From a virus (lineage: Duplodnaviria > Caudoviricetes), in IMG/VR virus record IMGVR_UViG_3300020190_000004: 64,000 nucleotides of DNA. One strand, written 5' to 3'. Every line of letters begins with the position of its first letter. The stretch's first letter is position 1. This document shows positions 1-8,206 of this stretch, piece after piece. The position numbers and the translations under genes were made by a program. Under the pieces are notes generated by a model. That model searched no databases. It had not been told where the DNA came from and saw only the letters and a program-made list of their open reading frames with translations.

Positions 1-1096
1 GCCCCGTTTTTGGTTCTACGACAAATGCGCCTTCGTACTTTTCTCTTTTCTTAGTCTGTTTTTCCATTTTAGGAAAAACTCGTCCTCTTGTTTGAAACTC
101 ACGAGCCATGGCTGCTTCTGCCATCCATATTGGACTGTATGCGCGGTTTGCTTCAACGCGTGTTATGTTACCCAGTGTTAAGAAAGTTTGAAGAGTATTG
201 AGCTTTTTGTCTATCATTTCAACCAGTTTAGTGTCAACTGCGTTGTAGAATATATAAGACTCAAAGTCATTTTCATAAAGGTCTTGAAGAGTCCCGTTGT
301 ATTTTACTTTAGGTATTCCTAAAGCAGTCTTTCCTACGAAATCAAGCGTGTTGTTTTCTTTGATGTCAATGACACGGTCCCATTTCTTATATACATCAAG
401 GTAGTCAACAACAAGACGATGCTGTGGTAGTTTCATGTCGCCGCTAAGTTTGTGTGATGGCGAGCAGGGGGATGGATCTATATTAAGACGTTTACATCTG
501 TTCATTAAGTATAGCCAGTCGAAGGCTATGAAGTTCCAGCCTGTAAGAAGAGGCATTTTCTGAACTGCTTTGTAAAAGAAACTTACAAGCATATCGTATT
601 CACTCTTAAAGTAAAGATAGTTATACTCAACATCTTCTTTTAGGTGTTCAGTAATTCTTTTCTTAATGTTTAAGATTTGCGCAGATGTTAGAGGACGCGT
701 GCCCATTGATATTAAACGATTCCCATTACAGAAAGTTATTGCAGTAACTGGAAACTTTGCTGTTTCAGGTTTAGGCCACTCGTCGCCAACTTCGGTTTCA
801 ATATCAAGAAAGAATTTTTTAGGAACATTTGATGAATATATGTTTCGGGTTCTCTCTTCAGGTAGGGAATTTAAGTAATCTTCAATTCTCCACTTACTTA
901 GAAATCTTGCTCGTTTTTTGCGAACAGGCTTCCCATCCCAAGAAAACATACCAGGCTCTGCTTTTTCTCCTGGGTTAACGTATTCCCATTCATACATCTG
1001 ATCCGACGGAATATCAAAAGTATCAATGGCAATATCGCCGTTTTCATCAAAATATGAAATTCTTAATCTACCGTCTTGTTGTTCGATGTCTATCAT
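1..1096 (-). CDS. Family B DNA polymerase, N-terminal part with 3'-5' exonuclease domain (runs off the window start; not in ORF track)
   Basis: Manual translation from ATG at 1096 (ATGA overlap with the dUTPase stop) stays open to base 1. It contains ExoI FFLDIETE, ExoII LTGWNFIAFDWLY, ExoIII YNAVD, then KYEGAFVVEPKTG leading into the polymerase domain. Confidence 0.92.
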   Translation of the reverse strand, partial: MIDIEQQDGRLRISYFDENGDIAIDTFDIPSDQMYEWEYVNPGEKAEPGMFSWDGKPVRKKRARFLSKWRIEDYLNSLPEERTRNIYSSNVPKKFFLDIETEVGDEWPKPETAKFPVTAITFCNGNRLISMGTRPLTSAQILNIKKRITEHLKEDVEYNYLYFKSEYDMLVSFFYKAVQKMPLLTGWNFIAFDWLYLMNRCKRLNIDPSPCSPSHKLSGDMKLPQHRLVVDYLDVYKKWDRVIDIKENNTLDFVGKTALGIPKVKYNGTLQDLYENDFESYIFYNAVDTKLVEMIDKKLNTLQTFLTLGNITRVEANRAYSPIWMAEAAMAREFQTRGRVFPKMEKQTKKREKYEGAFVVEPKTG

Positions 1097-1584
1097 ATAA
1101 TTCCTGTTGAACCGAATCCGCCTTCACCGCGTTCCGTAGTATTTGTATACAGTTCTTCAAGTGTAGTTTCCTCTGGGTTTGAATAATTGATTGGAAGTAG
1201 AATAAATTGAACTAATTTATCGCCAGGGTTAATGGTTACATGTCCTGAGTTAGTTGCGTAATGACCGTCCATGTCCCAAACCTCTGACGGGTGATTTGTG
1301 TTAATCATGTTAATGTGAACCTCTCCTTGGTAATCTTCATCAACCACGCAAGCACCGACCATCAATCCTGTTTTGGATGCAATACCGCTTTTGTTAAAAG
1401 CAATAAGTGCATAACCGCTTGGAACGTTAACCTTAATTCCGCTAGGAATAAGTACTCGACCGCCTGGCGGTATTGAGTAAGGTTCTCCGTCATTCCAAGT
1501 ATCAGGAATAAAAAAGTCAATACCCGCAGATTGAGAAGTGCCTCGAGATGGAGACTTAACATCTTTAATTTTTGTGTATTTCAT
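1093..1584 (-). CDS. dut: Trimeric dUTPase
   Basis: All five motifs present: SAGIDF, FNKSG, VVDEDYQGE, GDKLVQF, RGEGGFGSTG. Confidence 0.96.
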   Translation of the reverse strand: MKYTKIKDVKSPSRGTSQSAGIDFFIPDTWNDGEPYSIPPGGRVLIPSGIKVNVPSGYALIAFNKSGIASKTGLMVGACVVDEDYQGEVHINMINTNHPSEVWDMDGHYATNSGHVTINPGDKLVQFILLPINYSNPEETTLEELYTNTTERGEGGFGSTGII

Positions 1585-1707
1585 AATGTAAAGGATATTT
1601 AGTAGTTTTATTCATAAACCTTTATATAGTTTTCTTAGGATTTAAGAACTTTCTAAAAAAACTGAATAAAACTATCAACGGAGTTTGGGTGGGAGTCTAC
1701 CTATATA

Positions 1708-1747
1708 GTTGACAATTTGTCAACAAGATAAGACATCTTGTGACAAA
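1708..1747. promoter_or_regulatory. Overlapping inverted repeats upstream of hsp20 (possible operator)
   Basis: Perfect palindrome GTTGACAA-T-TTGTCAAC (1708-1724), overlapped by TTTGTCAACAAGAT...ATCTTGTGACAAA (1716-1747, one bulge), in the divergent dut/hsp20 intergenic region. Confidence 0.45.
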
Positions 1748-1826
1748 CTTACAGGGTAATACCACATTTTATGATCTGGCATACATTTTGGGTATATTTA
1801 ATTGTAAACTCAAAAACAAATTACAT

Positions 1827-2168
1827 ATGTACAAAACATTTTTAGATGAAGCCTTCGACATTGCGATTGGCAAACACAAACCTCAAAGATGGGGACTTAA
1901 AGAAACTGAAACCGGTTATGACATCAGTGTGTTACTTCCTGGTTTTACGAAAGAAGAAGTAGCTGTCACGGTTGAAAATGATTTCATCAAGGTTAATGCT
2001 GAAACTGATAGAGAACTGCCGGGTTTTATAAGCAAGAAAGAAAATTTAACCTTTAAGGCAACAGATGTTGATTCTGAGAGTATTTCTGCTAAATTAGAAA
2101 ACGGCCTGTTAATTTTATCAGTAGCCAAGAAAGTTGAAAAGCAAAAGAAAACTATCTTAGTTATCTGA
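1827..2168 (+). CDS. Small heat-shock protein Hsp20 (alpha-crystallin domain)
   Basis: LLPGFTKEEVAVTVENDFIKV and ISAKLENGLLILSV motifs. Likely start is MYKTF at 1827 rather than the ORF-track start at 1740. Confidence 0.9.
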   Translation: MYKTFLDEAFDIAIGKHKPQRWGLKETETGYDISVLLPGFTKEEVAVTVENDFIKVNAETDRELPGFISKKENLTFKATDVDSESISAKLENGLLILSVAKKVEKQKKTILVI

Positions 2169-2294
2169 TTCAGAAGGGTTGTTATCATCCTCTTTTTTCT
2201 TATCTCTTCTACTATGAATTTCGTACACTATTACCGGTGATATACCAGTAATAATTAGAATTATTATGAAAATAATTGGAAGATATTCTATCAC
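2157..2294 (-). CDS. Small single-TM membrane protein (45 aa, not in ORF track)
   Basis: GTG start overlaps the upstream stop (GTGA). Translation VIEYLPIIFIIILIITGISPVIVYEIHSRRDKKKEDDNNPSESDN is a hydrophobic helix followed by a charged tail. Confidence 0.55.
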   Translation of the reverse strand: MIEYLPIIFIIILIITGISPVIVYEIHSRRDKKKEDDNNPSESDN

Positions 2295-2533
2295 TTCTTA
2301 TCACCGTACAATTCGTGATAAGATTTTGTATGTTTAGATGCTTTTAGCATTTTCTTACCTTTAGTATCACCAGGCAGCTCTTTGTATGCATCGGGATCGT
2401 CATCGGGCATATCTGCTTGCTTTGCCATTTGAGACTTTTTCTTATCAATGGTACCTTTGCCAATCCCTTTAAAGTAAGGAGCGTCTTTTTCTGCCTCAGT
2501 TAAGAAGGTCTCAAATGTGCTTATGTGTTTCAT
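2291..2533 (-). CDS. Leader-tagged small protein (resembles the N-terminal part of DUF5824-like proteins)
   Basis: Starts (MD)MKHISTFETFLTE; body contains PYFKGIGK..DDDPDAYKELPGD..KASKHTKSYHELYG. Confidence 0.7.
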   Translation of the reverse strand: MKHISTFETFLTEAEKDAPYFKGIGKGTIDKKKSQMAKQADMPDDDPDAYKELPGDTKGKKMLKASKHTKSYHELYGDKK

Positions 2534-2538
2534 ATCCA

Positions 2539-2889
2539 TTATTTCTTTTTAGGATTGAAACCGGCCTTTCGGGCTTCTTTTGCCAAGTCGGTATCAGCTT
2601 TACCCCATGTGCCTTCACCGCCAGTCAAGAAGCTGTTTACGCGAGCATATGCCCATTGCTCTTGGCCTGCACCAGGGCGGTGACCAGACTTCCAAGCAGC
2701 CATGCCTCGACGGAATACTGCACGGATAATTCCTATTGGACAGCCAGACTCTTCTGCCTTGTTCTTAACACCAGTCTCTAATTCTTCGCTGTCAAGTGGG
2801 CCGCGGTCAGTTGATTGCTTGTCATCGTCTTCAGCTTCAAGTAAATAGCTTTCGTATAAGAAGCTTTCAAATGTGTGTATGCGTTTCAT
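2539..2889 (-). CDS. Leader-tagged DUF5824-like protein (C-terminal part)
   Basis: Starts MKRIHTFESFLYESYLLE; body contains VFRRGMAAWKSGHRPGAGQEQWAYARVNSF. Family name is from recall. Confidence 0.7.
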   Translation of the reverse strand: MKRIHTFESFLYESYLLEAEDDDKQSTDRGPLDSEELETGVKNKAEESGCPIGIIRAVFRRGMAAWKSGHRPGAGQEQWAYARVNSFLTGGEGTWGKADTDLAKEARKAGFNPKKK

Positions 2890-2911
2890 ATATTATGTAT
2901 GTTTAATTTCT

Positions 2912-2919
2912 TATATATC
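2912..2919 (-). promoter_or_regulatory. Putative late promoter GATATATA
   Basis: Exact motif 22 nt upstream of the ATG at 2889. Confidence 0.6.
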
Positions 2920-2925
2920 TTTTTT

Positions 2926-3546
2926 TCATGGTTTTGCTATTAAGTACCCTGAAAGTTGATTGGCAAAATCAACGAAATCATTAACTAGGTTTTTGCTTAT
3001 TCTTTCGTCCGAAGTTCCGATGTTATGACAGCTAATAAAACCAATCAGATCTCCCTTAAGACCGCGAATAGGAATTACAACATTTTGAACGATTCCTTGG
3101 TTTATCATTTCACGAGCCATAACAGGATACTCATCACAGCAATGAGCATCAACTATAACCATATCTTCTTCAAAAAGAATGTTAAACAGTTTTGGAAATT
3201 CTGATACGAGCAGATTTTGGTATTCTCTTTTGATGCGAGCAATTCCAGGCGCAGTGGCTTCATATGTCATAGAGAATTTTTTCATACTTCTGCCGTTAAA
3301 GAATTTACCACCATTATGAAATTGTGATATTGCTACACGATCGAACTCATATTCTTCGCGAATCTTTTCAATGAATTCTGCTATATGGACCATTTCACCA
3401 ACGTCCGCGTGCTTGATTGCTTCTTCAGCATGTTGTTTCCTAATAGCTGCACGAGTATCTAGCCAATTCTTAACGACAACTGTTATGATAGCAATCATTA
3501 TCGAGGTAAAACCGGATATCAAAGATATTGTAACTGATTCGCTCAT
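2926..3546 (-). CDS. Membrane-anchored GAF-like protein, probable T4 T-like holin
   Basis: One N-terminal TM helix (ISLISGFTSIMIAIITVVV), then a GAF-like pattern DRVAISQFHNG...IPIRGLKGDLIGFISC. No leader tag. Confidence 0.5.
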   Translation of the reverse strand: MSESVTISLISGFTSIMIAIITVVVKNWLDTRAAIRKQHAEEAIKHADVGEMVHIAEFIEKIREEYEFDRVAISQFHNGGKFFNGRSMKKFSMTYEATAPGIARIKREYQNLLVSEFPKLFNILFEEDMVIVDAHCCDEYPVMAREMINQGIVQNVVIPIRGLKGDLIGFISCHNIGTSDERISKNLVNDFVDFANQLSGYLIAKP

Positions 3547-3686
3547 CTTCCTTGCCCCCTATAAGACTTTTTGTAGTTTTTTGAACTCTTAAGCTTAGAT
3601 GCTCTCTTTTTTGAATGAATTCCTGGTCTTTTTACTTTTTGCCTTTTTACAAAAGACTTTACTTCTGACGTTTTTGATCTTGCCAT
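3543..3686 (-). CDS. Very basic 47-aa protein ending YRGQGR (not in ORF track)
   Basis: MARSKTSEVKSFVKRQKVKRPGIHSKKRASKLKSSKNYKKSYRGQGR, 18 K/R against 1 E. Its stop overlaps the next ATG (ATGA) and it fills an otherwise empty gap. Confidence 0.7.
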   Translation of the reverse strand: MARSKTSEVKSFVKRQKVKRPGIHSKKRASKLKSSKNYKKSYRGQGR

Positions 3687-4228
3687 GTCTTAACCCATTT
3701 TTTGTAATCGTCGAAGCTCATAATTCCAATGCGTGTGTTGACGTCATCTTCGTCATCTTCTCCAAATTTATCACCAGAACCCACGTTTCCGTTAGCTGGT
3801 GGTGAAACATTACCCATGCCAGGTGTGTTAGGAGGTTGCGCAACCCCGGGAGGGACAGTAGCCGCAACTGCTTCATTCTTTTTTTTCTCGTCGTCTTCTT
3901 TCTTATCAGATATAAAGTCAATAAATGATTGAATAAGTGGATCTTGCTTGTCTCTTGTAGCTAATATATGACTAGCTCCAATGTTTGCCGAGTATTTACT
4001 ATATCTTACCAAGGGGCCGGTACTTAGGAATCCGGATATACTCCCTTCCTCTATGTGTTTAGGTAGCCCTTCGTGTTTAGTTTCTGCAAAATCCTTTAGC
4101 TGATCAAGGGTCATGCTGTCAGCTAAATCTTGTACCTCTCTGCTAGCTTTCGTGGGTTTCATATCACCTTTTTTAAGAGCGTATGCCATACCCATTAGCT
4201 TTTGCTGTGCTTGAGATACCGCAGGCAT
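3659..4228 (-). CDS. DUF3008-like N-terminal domain plus low-complexity tail
   Basis: MPAVSQAQQKLMG...ADSMTLDQLKDFAETKHEGLPKH resembles DUF3008 (recall); acidic and Pro/Gly-rich C-terminal half. Confidence 0.6.
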   Translation of the reverse strand: MPAVSQAQQKLMGMAYALKKGDMKPTKASREVQDLADSMTLDQLKDFAETKHEGLPKHIEEGSISGFLSTGPLVRYSKYSANIGASHILATRDKQDPLIQSFIDFISDKKEDDEKKKNEAVAATVPPGVAQPPNTPGMGNVSPPANGNVGSGDKFGEDDEDDVNTRIGIMSFDDYKKWVKTWQDQKRQK

Positions 4229-4230
4229 GA

Positions 4231-4578
4231 TTAAGTAGTTTTTTGTTTCATTATTGCCTCGTGAACTCTTTCTCCCATTTTAGATAAAGTGTAGTACTTG
4301 GTGTTATTCTTTTCAACAACATTAAAGTAACGAGTATTTTTGTTAACCCATTTACGACTAGTGTTTCCGCCAGTTTCTTCGTTAACACTGTTGATGAATT
4401 CCATCAACTGTGTATGAGTCACTTTTTTCTTTTCTTTAACGAAAGATAGGATTCTTTCACGAATAGGAGCATTATCTGAAACCGCAGATTCTGGATGTTT
4501 CTCGGTGTATTTTCTCTTGATAACAACACGCCCTTCATTTATCATGAAGTCAGTAAAGTTATTTACGTATTTGTTCAT
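4231..4578 (-). CDS. Leader-tagged probable winged-helix protein
   Basis: Starts MNKYVNNFTDFMINE; helical core followed by a wing-like YYTLSKMGERV. Confidence 0.55.
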   Translation of the reverse strand: MNKYVNNFTDFMINEGRVVIKRKYTEKHPESAVSDNAPIRERILSFVKEKKKVTHTQLMEFINSVNEETGGNTSRKWVNKNTRYFNVVEKNNTKYYTLSKMGERVHEAIMKQKTT

Positions 4579-4601
4579 TTCCTGTCCTTATTTTAGTTTT
4601 G

Positions 4602-4609
4602 TATATATC
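4602..4609 (-). promoter_or_regulatory. Putative late promoter GATATATA
   Basis: Exact motif 23 nt upstream of the ATG at 4578, abutting the upstream stop codon. Confidence 0.6.
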
Positions 4610-6376
4610 TTATGTAGTGTAAGGTAGACGGATAAAGTCATAATAAACATGCTTGTCATATGCTGACTTTATCTCAGTCCAGAAGCGCTGAACGCACTCC
4701 GGAACTTCCTTACAAAACTCATGATATGAATCTTTCTCAACAGCTTGGATAAACTTCTTAAAAGATTTTGAAGATGCATATGTAATATCAATATCCGGGA
4801 CATCATCACCAAACATTGCTCGCATAGCATTTTGTTCCAACTCAACAAATTTCTTATCTCTCTCAAAGTAAGTAATTGTGCAAGGGTTAAAATCTTGAGA
4901 CAGAACTTTATATATGTTGGATATTAGAGGATGAGTTGATATCTTGTAGCCGATAAATAAGTCGTGATAATCTTCAATAAACTTTGACAAGATCTTGCGA
5001 ATTGTTGGCAATTCCAAAACAAAATCACGATTAGCACTAAATACATCATGTATTAAAAAGCAACGATGTTTGTTAAGTTTCATTAATCTTTCTGCTTCAA
5101 GAATAACCGAGTTATTGAGTTTTGAACAATCAACAACTATAACGTTAACGTCTTCCTTGCCTTTAGGATTTTTCCTCGGGGAACCAAAGAAAGACTGCAG
5201 CAACAGAACTGCTTTTTCATAATCAACTTCCTTCTTGGGTTTTTCACTGTCATCAGCTTCGCGCAAGATAGTGTTAAATTCCAAAAAGCTGTAATCATCA
5301 GATATGATAGAATTAATTTCTTCTATCTTGGAGTTAAACTCATTAACTACCATTTCGCTTAGCAGTCCGCTAGGATACTTTGGTTTCCTGAGATTCGTTA
5401 AAAATACGGTAAACAGATATTCATATTTGCCGTTAGATTCAATGATTGCTCGTGTCTTTGGATTCTTAACCCATTTACCGTTGAACAATCCACTCTTATC
5501 CAGGAATTTAGGTCTCTCTAAGTCAGACTCTAGAAAGTCACGCCCTCTTCTGTCAACAAATTCGTTAAACACCTCAGAAACCAGCTCGATGTATGCTTCA
5601 TCGGGGTGGTGAGCAACCGGCTTGTGTTCATCAAGTCTCATTGAGTTTATGTGCTCGCAGATGTCGAGCAATAAGATGTCAAAAAGATGACTGCGTTTCT
5701 CAACTCGTCTTTCTTCTTCTATAACATCAGCGATCTTAAACAGTTCAGAGCCTGATTCTATTACAAGAGCTTCAATGTTATTGCTTTGTGTATTGAGTTT
5801 ACCGCTTGTGTAAACACTTGATTCATTAAGAGAAACCAATTCATATTCATGCTTAGCCATTCTAACTAAACTATCAATCGTTTCACTATCAAGTCTTCCT
5901 TCAAAGACAGGCATGTTTGACTCAACTCCAAAGATTCCGCCCCAGCGTTCAAAGATCTTGTTGTCTTTAACTTCATTGGTAACATCCCATTGACGATTGC
6001 GAACAGTAATGTCTGTAAGCATTAACCCATTCTTTGGGCGACGATCATACTCGGTGTTAAGAGGTTTTTTATTGGGAAACCAAGAGAAACCAAACCTGTG
6101 GCGAGGTGGTATTGCTTTCTTAATGTCAGCAGGCAGATTCTCAATATAAGAGATTGCTTGCTCGTATAGATCATTGACTGTGCGATCTATTTTTGATAAA
6201 GGTGCTTTGCCGTTCTTACCGTAGAAGTAGATTTTGTAATCATGTGGGTTCTTTTCAAAAGCGAATCGATACGCGTCGAACTTTTCTGTTACTCTAATCT
6301 CTCCTTCCAGTACCTCACGGAGACCTTTTTCTCCGACCTTTTTGTAGAGGTCCCGAATGTTTTTTATTCCGGCCAT
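4610..6376 (-). CDS. Ligase/capping-type nucleotidyltransferase-like protein with a degenerate HIGH-fold C-terminus
   Basis: Motif I-like VTEKFDA, motif IV/V-like IEALVIESGSELFKI. C-terminal Rossmann-like VNVIVVDCSKLN lacks the HxGH motif. Confidence 0.4.
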   Translation of the reverse strand: MAGIKNIRDLYKKVGEKGLREVLEGEIRVTEKFDAYRFAFEKNPHDYKIYFYGKNGKAPLSKIDRTVNDLYEQAISYIENLPADIKKAIPPRHRFGFSWFPNKKPLNTEYDRRPKNGLMLTDITVRNRQWDVTNEVKDNKIFERWGGIFGVESNMPVFEGRLDSETIDSLVRMAKHEYELVSLNESSVYTSGKLNTQSNNIEALVIESGSELFKIADVIEEERRVEKRSHLFDILLLDICEHINSMRLDEHKPVAHHPDEAYIELVSEVFNEFVDRRGRDFLESDLERPKFLDKSGLFNGKWVKNPKTRAIIESNGKYEYLFTVFLTNLRKPKYPSGLLSEMVVNEFNSKIEEINSIISDDYSFLEFNTILREADDSEKPKKEVDYEKAVLLLQSFFGSPRKNPKGKEDVNVIVVDCSKLNNSVILEAERLMKLNKHRCFLIHDVFSANRDFVLELPTIRKILSKFIEDYHDLFIGYKISTHPLISNIYKVLSQDFNPCTITYFERDKKFVELEQNAMRAMFGDDVPDIDITYASSKSFKKFIQAVEKDSYHEFCKEVPECVQRFWTEIKSAYDKHVYYDFIRLPYTT

Positions 6377-6393
6377 TTATGTTTGTTTTATAG

Positions 6394-6765
6394 TTATATT
6401 TTTCCTGTTAAGCGTATTCTTTTTTCGTCATCATCAACTAAATGATGTCCTACAACATCTTCAATTACTTCTGCCATTTTCTTAGTCTTATCACCAGCTG
6501 GTGGTGTCTGAATTTCCACAGAACCGTTATAGTAAGTTGGAAGTTTTTTTGCCTTTGCATCAAATCCTGCAGAGTTCAAGGCTTTTGCTATTTCCTCAGC
6601 TTCGTCAAACATAATTGTTCCTATCTCTAAGTGGTCGCGATAGTTTAACAGAGTTATAGTAGAAACTTCATGACCGTTTACTACTTCTCCGAGTTCAATA
6701 CGACTCATGTCTACAAGCTTCTTGCCTTCATTTAAGAAACTTTCAAATGTGTGTAGATGTTTCAT
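6394..6765 (-). CDS. Leader-tagged hypothetical protein
   Basis: Starts MKHLHTFESFLNE. Confidence 0.8.
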   Translation of the reverse strand: MKHLHTFESFLNEGKKLVDMSRIELGEVVNGHEVSTITLLNYRDHLEIGTIMFDEAEEIAKALNSAGFDAKAKKLPTYYNGSVEIQTPPAGDKTKKMAEVIEDVVGHHLVDDDEKRIRLTGKI

Positions 6766-6777
6766 AGCTTACTTGTT

Positions 6778-7215
6778 TTATTCAACTGCAATCTCAACGC
6801 CACCGCTTCCTGTAGAATAAGCGGTAATGCTTATTCGAGAACCGTCTGATAACATTATTCTTACATAAGAATTTTGTCCATCTTCGTCTTCAAGAATAGC
6901 TTTAATCTTCTTTCCTATATGATCCTTTAATGAAGGGTCGGTAGTTCTTGCATCTTCATTAAGCTCATCTTCGTTCAAGCTCTCTTTTACTAGAACCGAT
7001 TGCATACCAAATCTTTCTTTAGCCAATTGTATAGCCATTCTACTTTTTGGCGTATCGTCTAACTCAAAAACTGTAGGCCTTACCTGGTCATATTGGATCT
7101 TATTGCCATCAAGGTCCTTTTTGAACGATGAAACTGCTTTGGAGGCTAGACTAACTGACAGTTTCTTTCCTGAGTTTTCATTTAAGAAGCTTTCAAATGT
7201 GTGTATGTGTTTCAT
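6778..7215 (-). CDS. Leader-tagged hypothetical protein (two small domains)
   Basis: Starts MKHIHTFESFLNE; internal SLNEDELNE linker. Confidence 0.8.
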   Translation of the reverse strand: MKHIHTFESFLNENSGKKLSVSLASKAVSSFKKDLDGNKIQYDQVRPTVFELDDTPKSRMAIQLAKERFGMQSVLVKESLNEDELNEDARTTDPSLKDHIGKKIKAILEDEDGQNSYVRIMLSDGSRISITAYSTGSGGVEIAVE

Positions 7216-7229
7216 ACTAATTCTATTTT

Positions 7230-7601
7230 TTATTTTTTGCCAAACATATCGGTTTCTCTACTACTTGGTCGTTTTGTTTTGCCAGCTTGTATAATTGATT
7301 CCAATTCATCGTATAGATCTTCGGCTTTTGTTATATCTTTTTTGTCTACTCTAAAGTAACCTTTATTAGTATTCATAAAATAATGGTCATCTTTGTTAGC
7401 AACAAAGAAAGTAGACGCTGGAGAAAAAGCAAAAGCTAAATTGACTGCTCTCACCTGGCCATTAGTAATTTCTATGGTAGAAGAACCACCTTTTAAGAGT
7501 TTTGCAAGTTTATCTAGTATTGCATCACCTGTGTTTTTTGCTCCTTCTAAATAAACAATCTTTTCATTTAAGAAGCTTTCAAATGTGTGTATGTGTTTCA
7601 T
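7230..7601 (-). CDS. Leader-tagged hypothetical protein
   Basis: True start inferred at MKHIHTFESFLNE (7601), not at 7622. Confidence 0.8.
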   Translation of the reverse strand: MKHIHTFESFLNEKIVYLEGAKNTGDAILDKLAKLLKGGSSTIEITNGQVRAVNLAFAFSPASTFFVANKDDHYFMNTNKGYFRVDKKDITKAEDLYDELESIIQAGKTKRPSSRETDMFGKK

Positions 7602-7608
7602 TGTAATA

Positions 7609-7905
7609 CTATATTTTTGCAATTGAAGTTACTTTCTTGCCTTTTTTCTCCGCATCATTAGGGTCTGCGTAGTAGAGAAGGTTGGCCTGAATCAGCCTAT
7701 TGAAAATCTCGTCTTTTACAATCTCAAAGTCAATGCTATCAGAAGAGTTTTCCCATGTTTCAGCAACATACTCTGGGTCAATCCATCCATACCCTGCCTT
7801 AATGTTCTTTACCATGTTGGCAAAGTCCAGCTCAAAAGTTTTAACCGCACCTTCATTAAGAGTGGCTTCATTCAAGAAGCTTTCAAATGTGTGTATGTGT
7901 TTCAT
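7609..7905 (-). CDS. Leader-tagged hypothetical protein
   Basis: Starts MKHIHTFESFLNEATLNE (7905). Confidence 0.8.
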   Translation of the reverse strand: MKHIHTFESFLNEATLNEGAVKTFELDFANMVKNIKAGYGWIDPEYVAETWENSSDSIDFEIVKDEIFNRLIQANLLYYADPNDAEKKGKKVTSIAKI

Positions 7906-8192
7906 TTTAGATTCCATGTTCTTTTGTCATCCATATCAAGTATTTCAATGCCTAATTGCTTAACAGTATTTTCTAAATTAGATTGTTCTTCCTGATCTCC
8001 GCTTTTTATGTATTCAATAACATCTCTGAATGATTGAAAAAAATGCTTTTCTCGCATCTGTGTTTTTATCTTATCCCAATTGTAATAAATTGCATGAAGC
8101 AGACCGCTAACACCAGCGGAAGTTAGCGCTAATTCATTTATTTCTTGTTCATTCAAGAAGTTTTCGAATGTGCTTATGTGTTTCATGTCCAT
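7902..8192 (-). CDS. Leader-tagged hypothetical protein
   Basis: Starts (MD)MKHISTFENFLNEQEINE. Confidence 0.8.
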   Translation of the reverse strand: MDMKHISTFENFLNEQEINELALTSAGVSGLLHAIYYNWDKIKTQMREKHFFQSFRDVIEYIKSGDQEEQSNLENTVKQLGIEILDMDDKRTWNLK

Positions 8193-8196
8193 GTAG

Positions 8197-8206
8197 TATA
8201 TATTTA
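8197..8206 (-). promoter_or_regulatory. Late-promoter variant (TAAATATATA)
   Basis: AT-rich variant at the gene junction just upstream of 8192/8186; resembles both GATATATA and the T4 late promoter TATAAATA. Confidence 0.35.

Larger units (their letters stand above)
7177..7905 (-). repeat. Three dispersed 39-nt direct repeats encoding MKHIHTFESFLNE (7177-7215, 7563-7601, 7867-7905)
   Basis: The first two copies are identical (ATGAAACACATACACACATTTGAAAGCTTCTTAAATGAA). The third has one synonymous change. Copies at 6727-6765 and 2851-2889 each differ at 3 positions. Confidence 0.95.

Noticed and set aside
1740-1826. N-terminal extension of Hsp20 as given by the ORF track
   Set aside because: It overlaps the palindromic, promoter-like region; the ATG at 1827 after an A-rich stretch gives a typical-length sHSP.
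6727-7905. The near-identical 39-nt repeats as a CRISPR array
   Set aside because: Spacing is 300-450 nt and irregular, each repeat starts exactly at an ATG and is in frame, variation is mostly synonymous, and no cas genes are present.
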